Source: Chrysomallon squamiferum
Lineage: Eukaryota > Animalia > Mollusca
Assembly (NCBI GenBank): GCA_012295275.1
Contig: CM022679.1
Location: 16,988,001-17,052,000 of the forward strand
Length of the DNA stretch: 64,000 nucleotides
Direction of reading: 5' to 3'
In this document: in pieces, positions 24,501-37,451 of the stretch
Position numbering within the stretch: the stretch's first letter is position 1
Layout of the letters: each line of letters opens with the position of its first letter
Notes under the pieces: model-generated
The model's database searches: none
What the model saw: only the letters and a program-made list of their open reading frames with translations
Told to the model about the DNA's origin: nothing
Position numbers and translations under genes: made by a program

Positions 24501-27500
24501 AATCAAATTATTACTGTAGAATGTTGAAGATTTTTATAACAATTAAAACTAATATAGTTGGGGTTTTGAGGTGTTTTTTTTAATAATATACAGAATGTTT
24601 ATAAATATTTAATTTATAATAAATATGAATCCTATGAATTAAAAATGATTATTTTGTGATATAAAATTGCCAGTGACAGTCTGTATATTTAGTATTATCT
24701 ATTCTACCTGGTAATTGGCTGCGAGTTTGCTTCTCCAGCCTGGGGATAATTCTTCAATAGTTAGGCACAGATTGTTGCCACCATCTTGGAATGGAATCTG
24801 TTTTGGTTTGTCAAGTAATCTCCCACCTAATCTACGTTCCATCTGAATCACACCCTAAAATAGACAACACAACAATGAGCACAATTCCTTTTTCCACACA
24901 ATCTATTTCTTTAGACACTTCCATTCTCCTACTGTACCCAGTAATCTACTTTCTTTAGACAATTCATTCTACTACTCTACTCAGTCATCTACTTTCTTTA
25001 GACAATTCCTTCTACAAATCTACTCGTTAATCTACTTTTTTTTTAACAATTCCTTCTACTACTCTACCCAGTAATCTACTTTCTTTAGACAATTCCTTCT
25101 ATTACTTACTGTACACAGTAATCTATTTTTTTAGACAGTTCCTTCTACTATTGTAAACAATAATCTATTTCTTTAGACAATTCATTCAACTATTCTAATC
25201 AGTAATGTACATTTTAAGACAATTGGAATTCATTCTATGGTACACTTTCAACAGACAATTCCTTCTGTTATTGTACAAAATGATCTACTTTGTTCAAACA
25301 ATTCCTTCTGTTATTGAATACAGTAATCTACCTTCTTCATCCTTCTTCTCTTATACACAATAACTGATTTTCTTTAGATAATTCATTCTAATATATAAAT
25401 TAAATAAATAAATAATGAAGCATTTCATGAAATATAATATTAAAATAATATAATTTTAAAATATACAAGTTAGTAATTAAAACTGTAACACAGTTCCTGT
25501 GTAAAAGATATTTATAAAAATGCTATTGTTTTCACCTCTAAGGCATCAGCTGTATCCTCAACCACATACACTCTAATGCTGTATTCGAGTGAAGGTGTGA
25601 TGGATGGGGCAAAGGCTGCTAGTCGCAGAATCTTCACTGCCCTGCCGCCACTGACAGACTCACCAATCAAAGCATACCGCTGCAGCTGATCAGTCACCAG
25701 GTGGCAGTGGTCTGCATCTAACTGCATGTACAGTGGTGTGTTTATTGTTTCATGACCCAGTGTCACTAGTTTCTGAAGTGAAAACAATCATAATTTTAAT
25801 TACGTTTTATATTAAAAACATATTAATGTCAGCAATATTGCAATAATGTACAGATTAATGTTTGGCTAAGTGGCTAGATTATAAACTGACTGTATTTAAA
25901 TCATCAGCCATCATTTGAATGGAAAACTCAGCAGTACCACTTTAATCATTAAACTGCCAGCTAAACAAGTATAACAAAATGAATCTGTCTTCAAACTGTT
26001 ACCTAATGTTTAAGCAGCTGTGACTAAATATGTAAATTATTGTGCAACATATGATGAGTTTGCCGAAATATATAGCAGTGTTGTAAACTGAATATATCTT
26101 TAAACAGTCATCTGATATTGGTGAAATATATTGAAGTTTAGTTTATAGTCTTCAGTCAGTGACGTAATGTTTGAATAGCAGATGAAATTCACAGCAGTAT
26201 TATTCATTTAATTTATATTTATTTTATCATGTAATGTATGGCTAGTTGATATAATTTGTAGCAACAATGCAAACCCTGTGTATGTGTGTGGTTTTGATTT
26301 TTATTAATAATGCTGTTTTTTTTTTTTTTTTTTTTTTTAAAGCTAAGATTTGGTTAAATGAGTGAATATTCTGCAGTATTACAATGTCAGTCACTGATCA
26401 GTCCAGAGATAAAGAAATATAAAACATGGGACTAATTGCAGATCAATTATAATGAATGCAATAAAACTGTCACATTGATTTAACAAATTGTTCATTACCT
26501 CATTCTACACAGAAAGAAACATTAAAAAAAATAATAAACTGAAAGAGAAAAAAAGATACTAGAAAATTAATTGTTTTCTTCCCCAATTTGATTAAACTAC
26601 CATCCTTTCTTTCCCAATAACTTGGTTTTACAGCAGTAAATTTCATGCTTTTGAGTGAGTCAATAAAACTGGTTAATTACATTGCCACGTCATCAAAGCA
26701 GTGGCATAAATATATGGCCTGTGATATGAGTGAAGTCTGGCTTTATTTAACTATTTCACAATCTCAACTTCACCAGAGTCATAAAACTTGCTGAGTCATA
26801 ATAATGAAAAGACGCCTTGTTTTTTTTTAATTTTTTATTATGACACTTAATCAGAGGAAATATCTTGTTTTAATTACATAAAATTGAAGAGTCAAAAATC
26901 TGCAACATGTGAAATGTCTGGTAGCAAGTATGTGTCATCTGTCTGTCAGTGAAGAAGATGAGTGTTTAATCAAAAACACTATAGAGAAATTAAAAACACA
27001 CAGTATACTGAAAACTGTCAACAGGCTTTGAGAAACCTTTAACAGAAGTAAATGTACAAATCGGAAGTAACTATAAGTACAGTTTACTTCCTAACTGTAA
27101 CAGTTTACAAGTTAATTCCAGTGTTTGCTTACAAATATGTCTTAATTAAAACTTTTCATATTACTTCTATAAAAATCATCAATAATTAAAATTTTATTAT
27201 GCATTCTTAACAGATATTTTTATATGTTTAATTTGCAGGTTCTCAGTCACTTGTTGACAATATTATAATAATTATTTATTAGTCATCATGTAAAATAAAT
27301 TATTGTATTCTCAGCACTGTACAAAATCTCATAAGGTGTATTTCCTCTTAGTCATCATGTTTAACCTTCACATAAAGAGAAAGCATTGTTTTTCTTCTTG
27401 TTAGACATCATGTAGAAAGCTCAGGAGACTATCTGCTGTTAACAAACATGTACGTACCTGCCACTCTGGCGGCTCATCAGCAGGTGTGTAACTGCTGTAC

Positions 27501-27681
27501 ACAGAAAGAATCCAGCCTCCCTGTCTCATACTGGCACAGTGTTGAAATGAGAGAATTATCGGCTTCTTTAACATGGCAGACTGGGGTCCAATCAACAACA
27601 CAGGACTTAGAATTGTTTGATGGTCTACAAGAACAGTTACTTTTTGTAAACAAAATGATTGTAAATAAAGAAACACACACA

Positions 27682-27776
<95 letters not shown>

Positions 27777-30700
27777 CTTTCAAGTCACAAATATAAAGAT
27801 AACAGATTTTATAACCACACTGAAACTTTATTTTTCTTAATAAACCTTAACTATAATAGCAGTCTGTTTCTCTGTTTCTTTGGGTTTTTTCTGTCTGTCT
27901 CTATTTCTCCATCTCTCTTTCTGTCTTTATCTCTGTGTATCTGTCAATCCATATGTAGTTGCTTATACAATAATTTAAATCAGTAACCTTTTTAAATGTT
28001 TCAGATATTAACTTACCATTTAATCTGGGTCTGTCTTTATCATCACGACAAACTGCCATGTAGACCTCCTCGACACAACCCTTTTTGATGGCACCCTCTG
28101 GAATTGTCATACACACACCTAAAACAAAACAATAAATAAATAAAATGGCATTTTCTGAAAATGTTATATGCATAAAATTAAAAATTAAAAATTAAAAATA
28201 TAATAATAATAAAATGGAAGCCATTTTTCTGTAACTGATACAAACATTAAACAATTTTTAAAAACAGAAAATGATCCAAAATTGAGTTATTGTTGGAAAC
28301 TGCTAAATACATACATAAAAATTATAAAAGTAAGAAGAAACTAAATCATAAAAAGAAAAAGAAACAAATAAAATGTGAAAAAGGATATTTTAAGGAATTG
28401 ACATATACACAAACACAAAGAAAGAGATTTGTTTTGTTTTCTGTTTTGTTTTAAATAAAAGTAAAAGAAAAAAGAAAGAAAAAGAACATGAAAAGGCTAA
28501 TGGTTATTCTGACCGTAGTGCAACGTTATTAATTTCTATGAAGATTTCTCAGAATGGCAGAGATTCTGTTTGTTTCTTTATAAGAAAAAGCTAAAAATGT
28601 GTTTTCAATGACAAAATCTTACAAAATAACAATACAAGCCATTTTAATTGTTTCCACATTTTTCCCTAGAGGACCATTAAAACGTTTGCAAAATTTTAGC
28701 TTTTTGATCACAACAACTCTGGGAACAATGAAACTATTTTTACTTTTTTCATTTTATATTTGACAAAATAAATAAAATTTACAAAAAAAGCACATCAGAC
28801 AACAGATATGAAAATGTTCCAAATGTCTTGTGATTTCCCTGAAGAGAAACAAGTAGTACAGTCTTTGAATGGTTTACATTCAGTTAATGTGGCTATACAA
28901 ATAAATATTTACCATTTTCTTTACTTCAAAGTGAAATATCATGTTTCATTAGATTTAAGGTACAAAAATAAAGTTGGGTTTTTTTTTACATAAAATGTTC
29001 CAGCAATAAATATGCAAATAAATGTACCAAATTTCTACATTTTAAAGATCACTATAATGTGTTTTACCACAATATATCACAACAGCAATATTTTGGGAAA
29101 TATAAAAGAAATGGGTAATATCATATAATAACAGCAATATTGTTTAATATAAGATACAAAATATTGCTAATCTGATATTACTGTAATACATTATACCAAC
29201 ATATTTTAAATATATCATATCAACAATATCTACATGTGTAATATGAATAGATAATGTTTATCTCAGCTGTTTTTTAAGAATTTTAACAGGTTTACTAATG
29301 GACTAAGTACAGCAGCCCTCACACAGAAAAAACTGGAGCGAATCTCAATCAGTGTCACTTCCTAGCTCCTTAAAGAGATAACTCAAAATAACTTGAAAAA
29401 ACTGATATCAGCAAAAACCAGCCTCAGCAAAACTATTAGTACACATATACAAACATATACATATAAACATATACATACAAACATATACATATAAACATAT
29501 ACATACAAACATATACATATAAACATATACATACAAACATATACACATATACATATAAACATATACATATAAACATATACATACAAACATATACATACAA
29601 ACATATACACATATACATATAAACATATACATACAAACATATACATACAAACATATACATATAAACATATACATACAAACATATACATACAAACATATAC
29701 ATAGAAACATATACATACAAACATATACATACAAACATATACATACAAACATATACATATAAACATGTATGCCAAAGACAAATTGTGACTGCAACCATTG
29801 TGGTCACTAAAGATATTAAACAAGTTAATTATACAAGCCACTGCTCTGACATTAACCAGGTTACTTTCCCTTTAGCAGAAAACTTCTGTCAGTGTTAGAA
29901 GTTATGTCTCCCTTCTGTTGACTGTGTGTATTTAATGGCAGAATTTTAAAATGGAAAAAAAAAAAAATAGCTAATCTGTTAAACCCAGTGTTAAATTGTA
30001 TATGTCTTCAATATTTATTAATTGTTGATAAAAAAAAAATAAAAAAACCCAGTGAAAACATCTTTCAAGATATTATATTCTGTTTGGTAGGTTTGGGTAA
30101 CTGAAAGGAAATGCTAAAAATGGCTCAGTAATCTACACAAAATGTTTACAAAATCTCTTCATAACTTGTACAACACAATGTAGCAGAAGACCCAAAATCC
30201 ATAAAAAAAAAAATCTTTGTTAATTTGTATTTTTCTTAATGATTTATAAATGCCCTCTTAACTTTAAATAAAATCCAAAAAGTTTAAAAGTTTAATTTAA
30301 CCCTGAAACCTGCTTAGAATATAATAATTCCTTATATTTCTCAAATAATTGTTTCTGAAAATGTTAATTTTTGTTTTCATTTCCTTTTTTCTTTCTTGCT
30401 TTATTTTAAGTTTAAACTCAGCATTTTCTGAATTCTCCAGACATTGCATAATTAGACTGGTGCCAGTCACTGAGGCCTGGTCTTACTAAGACTTACTGTC
30501 AGTCTTTTCAGACTACACAAGTTCCTCAGAGATTTCTACAAAATGTCAGATTTTCTCATAATGCATTTCCTTTCTGCATGCTTTTTTTGTACAAGTTATG
30601 AAGAGATTTTTGTTTGAAGAAACCTGCAGGGAAAACAGTGTTATGTGATCCACCCTTTCTTAGTTCATCTAATCAACAGCAAATCTTTACCAGGAAACTA

Positions 30701-33700
30701 AACAGAGTAGTGAGAATGTGAACATTAGTATGTTTCCTTTTTAGTGTTAACTTTTGTCTGGTCTGTGATTAGTTATTCAGGATGTTTGTTTGCCTATTTA
30801 TTTTTGTATCCATTTGTTTGCTTTCATTATAAAAAAAGAACTATTTATATCCTTTCTGATAAACTAACAATATTAAAATTAATAACAGAATTCAAATACC
30901 CTTATTTGTGCTTAAATAAAACCAAGCTGTAAATATATGTTTATTTATTACTGTTAAAAATAATAACTGTAGCACTTTGCAAGATTTACACTATTATTTT
31001 ATTAAAACTATTTCTTTTACCATTTCAAATAAAACAATTGATATCTGTATTTCATAAATAATTCATTATTTCTAAATCATTAGCATTTTTTATTGTGTCA
31101 ATAAGATGCACTAGGATGTGAAAGAAACTCTTAAAGAAATGAATGGTTCTTGTCAGTGAGGTGTCATTGAAATGATAGGAGAAGCCACTGAGGGAATTTG
31201 CCATTGTTCACAGAATGACAGCAGATTAACGTTTCTGTTTTTGCCATATGCAGAAGAAATACAAGCCAGAACATCAGATTAATAAGTTAATATCATAGAA
31301 AGTATCATATTTCTTGAAAGCTAAACTTTTATTACCATAACTGAAATGAAACAATGATGTGCTTACCTGACACTGGAAGGGGAAACCTTCCATTCTTATT
31401 ACTTAAAGTACAGAAGTTAAACTAATGGTTTTCTTACCTGATTCTGGAAGGATAAGTCTTCCACCACTGTTACTGAAAGTACTCCATGTTACAGCTTCAG
31501 AATCAATCGTGCTCGGCAACTGCATTGAAATCATTGACTGACGACTGTCCTGCAGGTTTTCACCCTGTGATGGTGGCCTGGGAGACACAGACAATACATT
31601 CTGGTTATCTCTTGCTAAAGAATTGTCTACTGAAACACTTCCATTCTGACTAATGTTTGGTTCTACCAGTAATGTTTTAGGGTTTGTGTTAACTGTGCCA
31701 GAAAGTCTTTGAGATGAACCAGCTCCATCTGGTACACTGTAGATAGGTGGAACTTTTTCTATTGTGTTTGTGTCATTGTTGTTTGGGGAATCTATCGGAT
31801 TAACATGCTGCACTGTGACAACAGTCTGGGTCAAATCAGGCTGTACTGACAACATGTCTGCAACAAAGAGAAAAATAAATTATTAAGTTTAAAAAAAAAT
31901 AAAAATTTTAAATATTATATAATAATAACAAGAAGAAACTTTAACATAAATTTATTTCAGTTTCTATGTAGTTTTGTAACTAAATGTTATTAATTATAAA
32001 CTGACATATCAGAACAGTATTTCACTGAGATACTGCTGGGTAACTGAAAACATTGTTTATTTTTGTTTATTTTTTTGTTGGTGTATATTCAGGGATTTGA
32101 TTTTAAAATGTAGGACAAACAATTGTTCATTAATTTAAGCTGAAAAATAATTGACTTTACAAATTTAACATTTTTATAGGACAAAAAAAAATGGTTTCCA
32201 TTTTCATTTTCATTAAAAGTTATTTAGGTTAAATGAAATAATAAGAATAAATATAATATTGTGAATACACATTTTTAAAATTAAATTTAACAGTAACATG
32301 GAAAATAGAATTTAAAAGCAAAAAAAAACAGTCCAAAAAAAAAAAAAAAATTATAATAATTATTATTATTATAATTAAAATAAAATAAAATAAAATAATA
32401 CAAAAAATTGAAATTTGTATTATTTTTCTCTTTCACACAATTCTCTGATTAAATTTAAATTTGCACAGTTGCTTAAAGCTATCAAATTTGCTGTTAAAAA
32501 TTAAAGAAAACTAAAATTCCCCAAACCAATATAAAGAGTCTTGAAAAAGGAAGCTGACATGTCAGAAAACATTAGTTAGCTGAAAAGCAACGTCCAGCAT
32601 TAATGATCTAGATCTGCATTTAATATTAATGACTTTGTGTTTCCCTCCATTGTTTAGGTGTCATCCCTAATTTGAGACGTCATTCTTTTAAAAGTTTATA
32701 GTGAGTCATAACTACCATGTTTGGCAACAAGATCATCTCTGACAGAACTGTGATAGATATGCTATCTTCGTGTATGTTTCTGAGACCGAGACACGGCCCC
32801 TGGGGTCAGAAGGGAGGGGCTGGGACTAGGGATCAAACCCAGTGTGTTGTTGTGGATTCTGGTTTGACAAAGCTTGGTGTCAGGTTCACTCAGTGATCCA
32901 CTCAGTCTGCAGTGTGCTGCTACACGTAAATGGGTTTTTAATGAGATGAGAAGCCATCGAGGGAGTTTGCCATTGTTCACAGCAGGCTAACTTTTCCCAT
33001 TTTGGTCATATGCAGAAGATGACAGACAGTGCTTTTCTTAACACCAAAACAATAATACTAGAGACAATAACCAAAATATACAATAATAATGCAGATTCAA
33101 AAACAAAAATATGAAAATTTAGCTTATAACATTCTTCATTTAAAAACATAACCCTCACTAAAACTATTCTACATGATGAAGATGAAACATTGCTTTTCTT
33201 AACCTCACAATAAAAATTAAACACCCTGGAATAACCCAATATACAATAATAATGATGATTTAAAATACATAAAATCTGTTATCTTTCTCATTTAAAAACA
33301 TAAAATACTAAACAAATATTTTGTTTATAATGTTACCGTTTAATAAGTTTATTTTACATTTAAAAAATTGAATTACTTTAACAGATTTCATTGACAAAAC
33401 TTTATATTTGTGACATGAGAGCATCACAGAAATTAATTTAAATATTTCATATCTATTTTTTATTCTTCATTAAGCAATTTATTTCAAAAGATTAAGCAAA
33501 TAAATGATTTGTTAAAAATAGATGTTAAACAGATAGAACTGGTCAAGGAGTGAAAGACAAACCAGTAAGAACAATACAGGTGATAAAATTAAGAATCTTT
33601 CCTCAAAATGGTTGATGAACAATACAATTATGTATCATAAAAATATATGTGGGACTTACAATTTTGGATATTTGTCTAAATCAAGAAATTTGTATTTTCC

Positions 33701-36700
33701 TTTTTCATTTAAGTTAATATAAATCATATTTTATGTTTAGAAAAAACATACCTAAATCACAGTACAGAAGTAATTATTGATTGACATTATGTTATGTGGG
33801 TTAGAGTTAATTCTGTTGATTGTACATTTTAAATAGATGAAAAATTACCTCCATTTTTGTTTATTTTTTTCTCGTTTTCTGCTAATGGAGAGTTCACGTC
33901 TGAAAATAAATAAAATATTATTTAAAAACATACATTACACAAAATATCAAAAAATAATTTTATTATATACTTTATATTGTCTTGTTCTTGAACTTGATTT
34001 TACATGCTCTGAAATTTCTTATTGAAACAATTTTTGAAAACAGAAAATGCGTTCTTCTTGACATCATTGTGCTTAGTAAATTGATTTACAGTAAATACAG
34101 AAAGTGAAAAGATTATTTTTAAAGTAAGACAAGTGACGTACCAGGTCCCTGTCTGTCAACACCAAATACATTCTGCTGGTGAACTCTTTTTTGTCGAAGT
34201 ATAATCACTGCAATCACAATGACAATGATGACTACAGCAACACCTACACAGATGCCAATGTATACCTTGATGTTCTTTTCTTCATCATAGGCACGACTTG
34301 CTGTAATAAAAAAGAGATAATTTTTAAATTAATTGCTGAATTACTGGTATTTATTAAGATTGAATCAGTTTGTTGATGGTGGTTTGTGTGATCGTTGTGA
34401 ATTTCTTTTTAGAGTGTCATATTAACACAAATAAGGCATTTGTGTGTGAAGTAAATTCTGTATCTATGCCATTCACCAATATGGAAGGAATTAGGAGCAT
34501 ATGCAGTAATATAAACAGATATATTAACTTGCATTTGGCACCAAAGTGATCTGTCTTGCTGTTTCCAATAAAAGAATTTTCAAAACTGAAATGTTCATGG
34601 TAAAATTATAAATTAGCAATATCCTTATCTACCTCAGAAGCTGAATTAGTATTTGTAGAAATGTAACAAACACATTTGTATTAGCCATATGACTTTGGCT
34701 AAATAAATTCACTAATATTTTATTTATGTCAGCTACCTGATATACAGGTATTAGTTAACACATTAACTTTCAGACAAATGCAAAATCTGATCTGCAATTA
34801 TCTAACATTTCTTAAAAATGATTTCCTCTGATATATTTTGTATTAGAAATTATACAAATTTTATATCATTTACAGTAAGATTTTAAAAAGTTCATAGGAA
34901 TATTTATTTTATAAACAGGTTAATTTACTCGTCATTGAAATAAAACCATCTTAGATTTTTTTAAGTTAAAACTTTAATTGAAAAAAAAACCCTTTTATTT
35001 CAACAAAACAAAACAAAGATTTCTTATAGGATTAAAATCTATGGAAATTAAATTTTTTTCACTTCTTTCTCCTAAGACAGTTTACTGCAATCACAGCCTA
35101 TTTTCATGACTTTCATCACCAATGGTAATAAAAACTAACAACCATTAATGCGTAGCAACCACGCCTGCAAACAACTTTCACATCTGCTGAATCAATAGCG
35201 ATTGTCATGAAACTAATTCTTTTTTCTCTTTTATGTTTCATATTTTATTTGATAACAACTGCTCAAGAGGGAGAAATAAATATTCATAATTAAAGAGTGA
35301 ATTCCAGTTCAAAAGATAACAGGCTAAAGTAACACTGTCGTGGAAATGTTTTTAACTGTATAAAAGCAATAAGTGCATAATGGCTAAAACAATGAAATTG
35401 CAAAGGATGTTAAATGAAGAGTAAAAAACACAAAATAAAGAATTTTAACTGTAAGCATCAGAATTTAAATCAGAATCAAACATGTTGAATAAAAAAAAAT
35501 GTTGAGAAAATTTAGTTTAATGATGTGTTTGTTTTTATATGAAAATTAAGAAAGTTTAATGATCATCTTCTATTTAAATAAAAATAAATATTTTTAAGTG
35601 AGTGGATTTGTATTTAAATCAAAATGAAAAAAGCTGTACAAGGAATTTGTATTTAAATAAAAATTAGGAAATTTTAACAATATGTTTGAATTTAAATCAA
35701 AATTAAGTAAGCTTAATTGTCAGTATTTATATTTAAATCAAAATGAAGTATGATTTTATAGTTAAATAAAAATAAAGAAAGTTTAAGTGAGTGGATTTGT
35801 ATTAAACTGAAAATTAAGAAAATTTAACTGAATTTTTGTATTTCAATCGAAATGAATAAAGTTTAACTATAAATGTTTGAATTTAAATATAAAGAATGTT
35901 TAACAATGTATGGTTGTATTTAGATTGGAACGAATAACATTTAACTATGAGTGTTAGTATTTAAATATAAAGAAAGTTTAACTATGAATGTTGGTATCTA
36001 AGTAAGAATCAAACTTTCTGTATCAGTACAGTCAAGTGAAGCATCATGTTGTAAACAGTATGTTATAAAAAAAATAAACAAATAAAATCTTTGCCAAGTT
36101 TACAAAAGATAGTAATCTCTGGGTAAAAGTGGGATTTGGGTCTTTTTCTTGAAAAGTGCTTTTCAAGAACATAAAGCAGTGTTAATCAGATTGCAGCATG
36201 CAAAAAAGACAGGCAATAAATTGGTGCTTCTAAAATGATGTGTTTTAGTGTGTATCTGGTCAGGAAAATCATATATTGCTTTTTATCTCAGCCCCTGTCA
36301 TGATTTTCCAGCAGATAGTGACTCAAAAGTCTTTTGATGCAGTGCAAAGCCCAGACCAGGCCACTGACACAGAATTACAGGGTTATGTCTGTTCTTTGTT
36401 GTGTTTATTCAGGTCAAAGAATTATAGCACCCAAGTCTGATAAAACTAGCAAATAGATGAAATGAAATTATAAAATAAAAAAAAATAAAATAAAATAAAA
36501 TAAAATAAAATAAAATAAAATTAACATTAACATTAACATTAACATTAACATTAAATTAAGAAACTAAATAAATTGTCATTATCTAAAACTTTCATTTCTG
36601 TGAGTAAATCAAGATCTCAGATGTTGTTGGCCACCAAGATCCATCTTCCTCAGACAATTAAATTTGAAATACTAATAATTACATTTATTTCATAATATAT

Positions 36701-37420
36701 CTATATTTTTATTACATTGATATGAGTATCTGAAATGTCAAAATTATTAGTATTAATTAATGCTGACTTGTGTGTTGGTGGGGAAATACTAGTATTTAAT
36801 TATGTATGTTCTGTTATACTGTGTGAGTGTATAACCACAGTGTAAATATAAATGTGTGTGTTACTGGATTAGTTTCAGGAGTCAGTGTGATCTCTACATA
36901 TCTTTGTGATATCAGAAACTGTCCTTCAGTCAGATGAACTCTTTGTTATGTGAGACCATCACAACAGGTTAAGTAATTGGATGGTCTTGTTACATTAACT
37001 AATTAGTGTGTTGTTATTTCTTTACTTTGTCTCTGTTGTTTCACAGACAGGAAGATGCAGAGGGGAGGCATTCTTCAGATAGATGTTTGTCAGTCACACC
37101 TTTCAAGTCAAACAAGCAGCCAAGGTGCTAACTGCCACAACACCAAATCCAATTAACATCTCCATTCATGTGTATAAGTCTACAGCCATATGTGTATGTG
37201 TGAAACTTTGTGTGTGATTATATATGTGAAAGTGAGTGTGTGATGTGTTTGTATAAGAGAAGGAGAAAAATACAAATACAGTTTACATGTGTGTAAGGGT
37301 AAGTGTGTCTGTGGGAGAAAGATAATTAATGTGCATGTATATGTGTATGTATGTATGCAGTATGTATGTATGTATGTATGTATGTATGTATGTATGTATG
37401 TATGTATGTATGTATGTATG

Positions 37421-37451
<31 letters not shown>

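Noticed and set aside
27448-27840. 130-aa plus-strand ORF with an ERERER tract
   Set aside because: It is the antisense of a UNC5 exon plus the (CA)n(GA)n microsatellite.
29383-29841. Three overlapping 123-152 aa ORFs rich in Y/M/C/V/I
   Set aside because: They are translations of the 14-bp minisatellite, which has no stop codons on that strand.
32780-32910. tRNA gene
   Set aside because: Only a B-box-like motif is present and no cloverleaf could be built.
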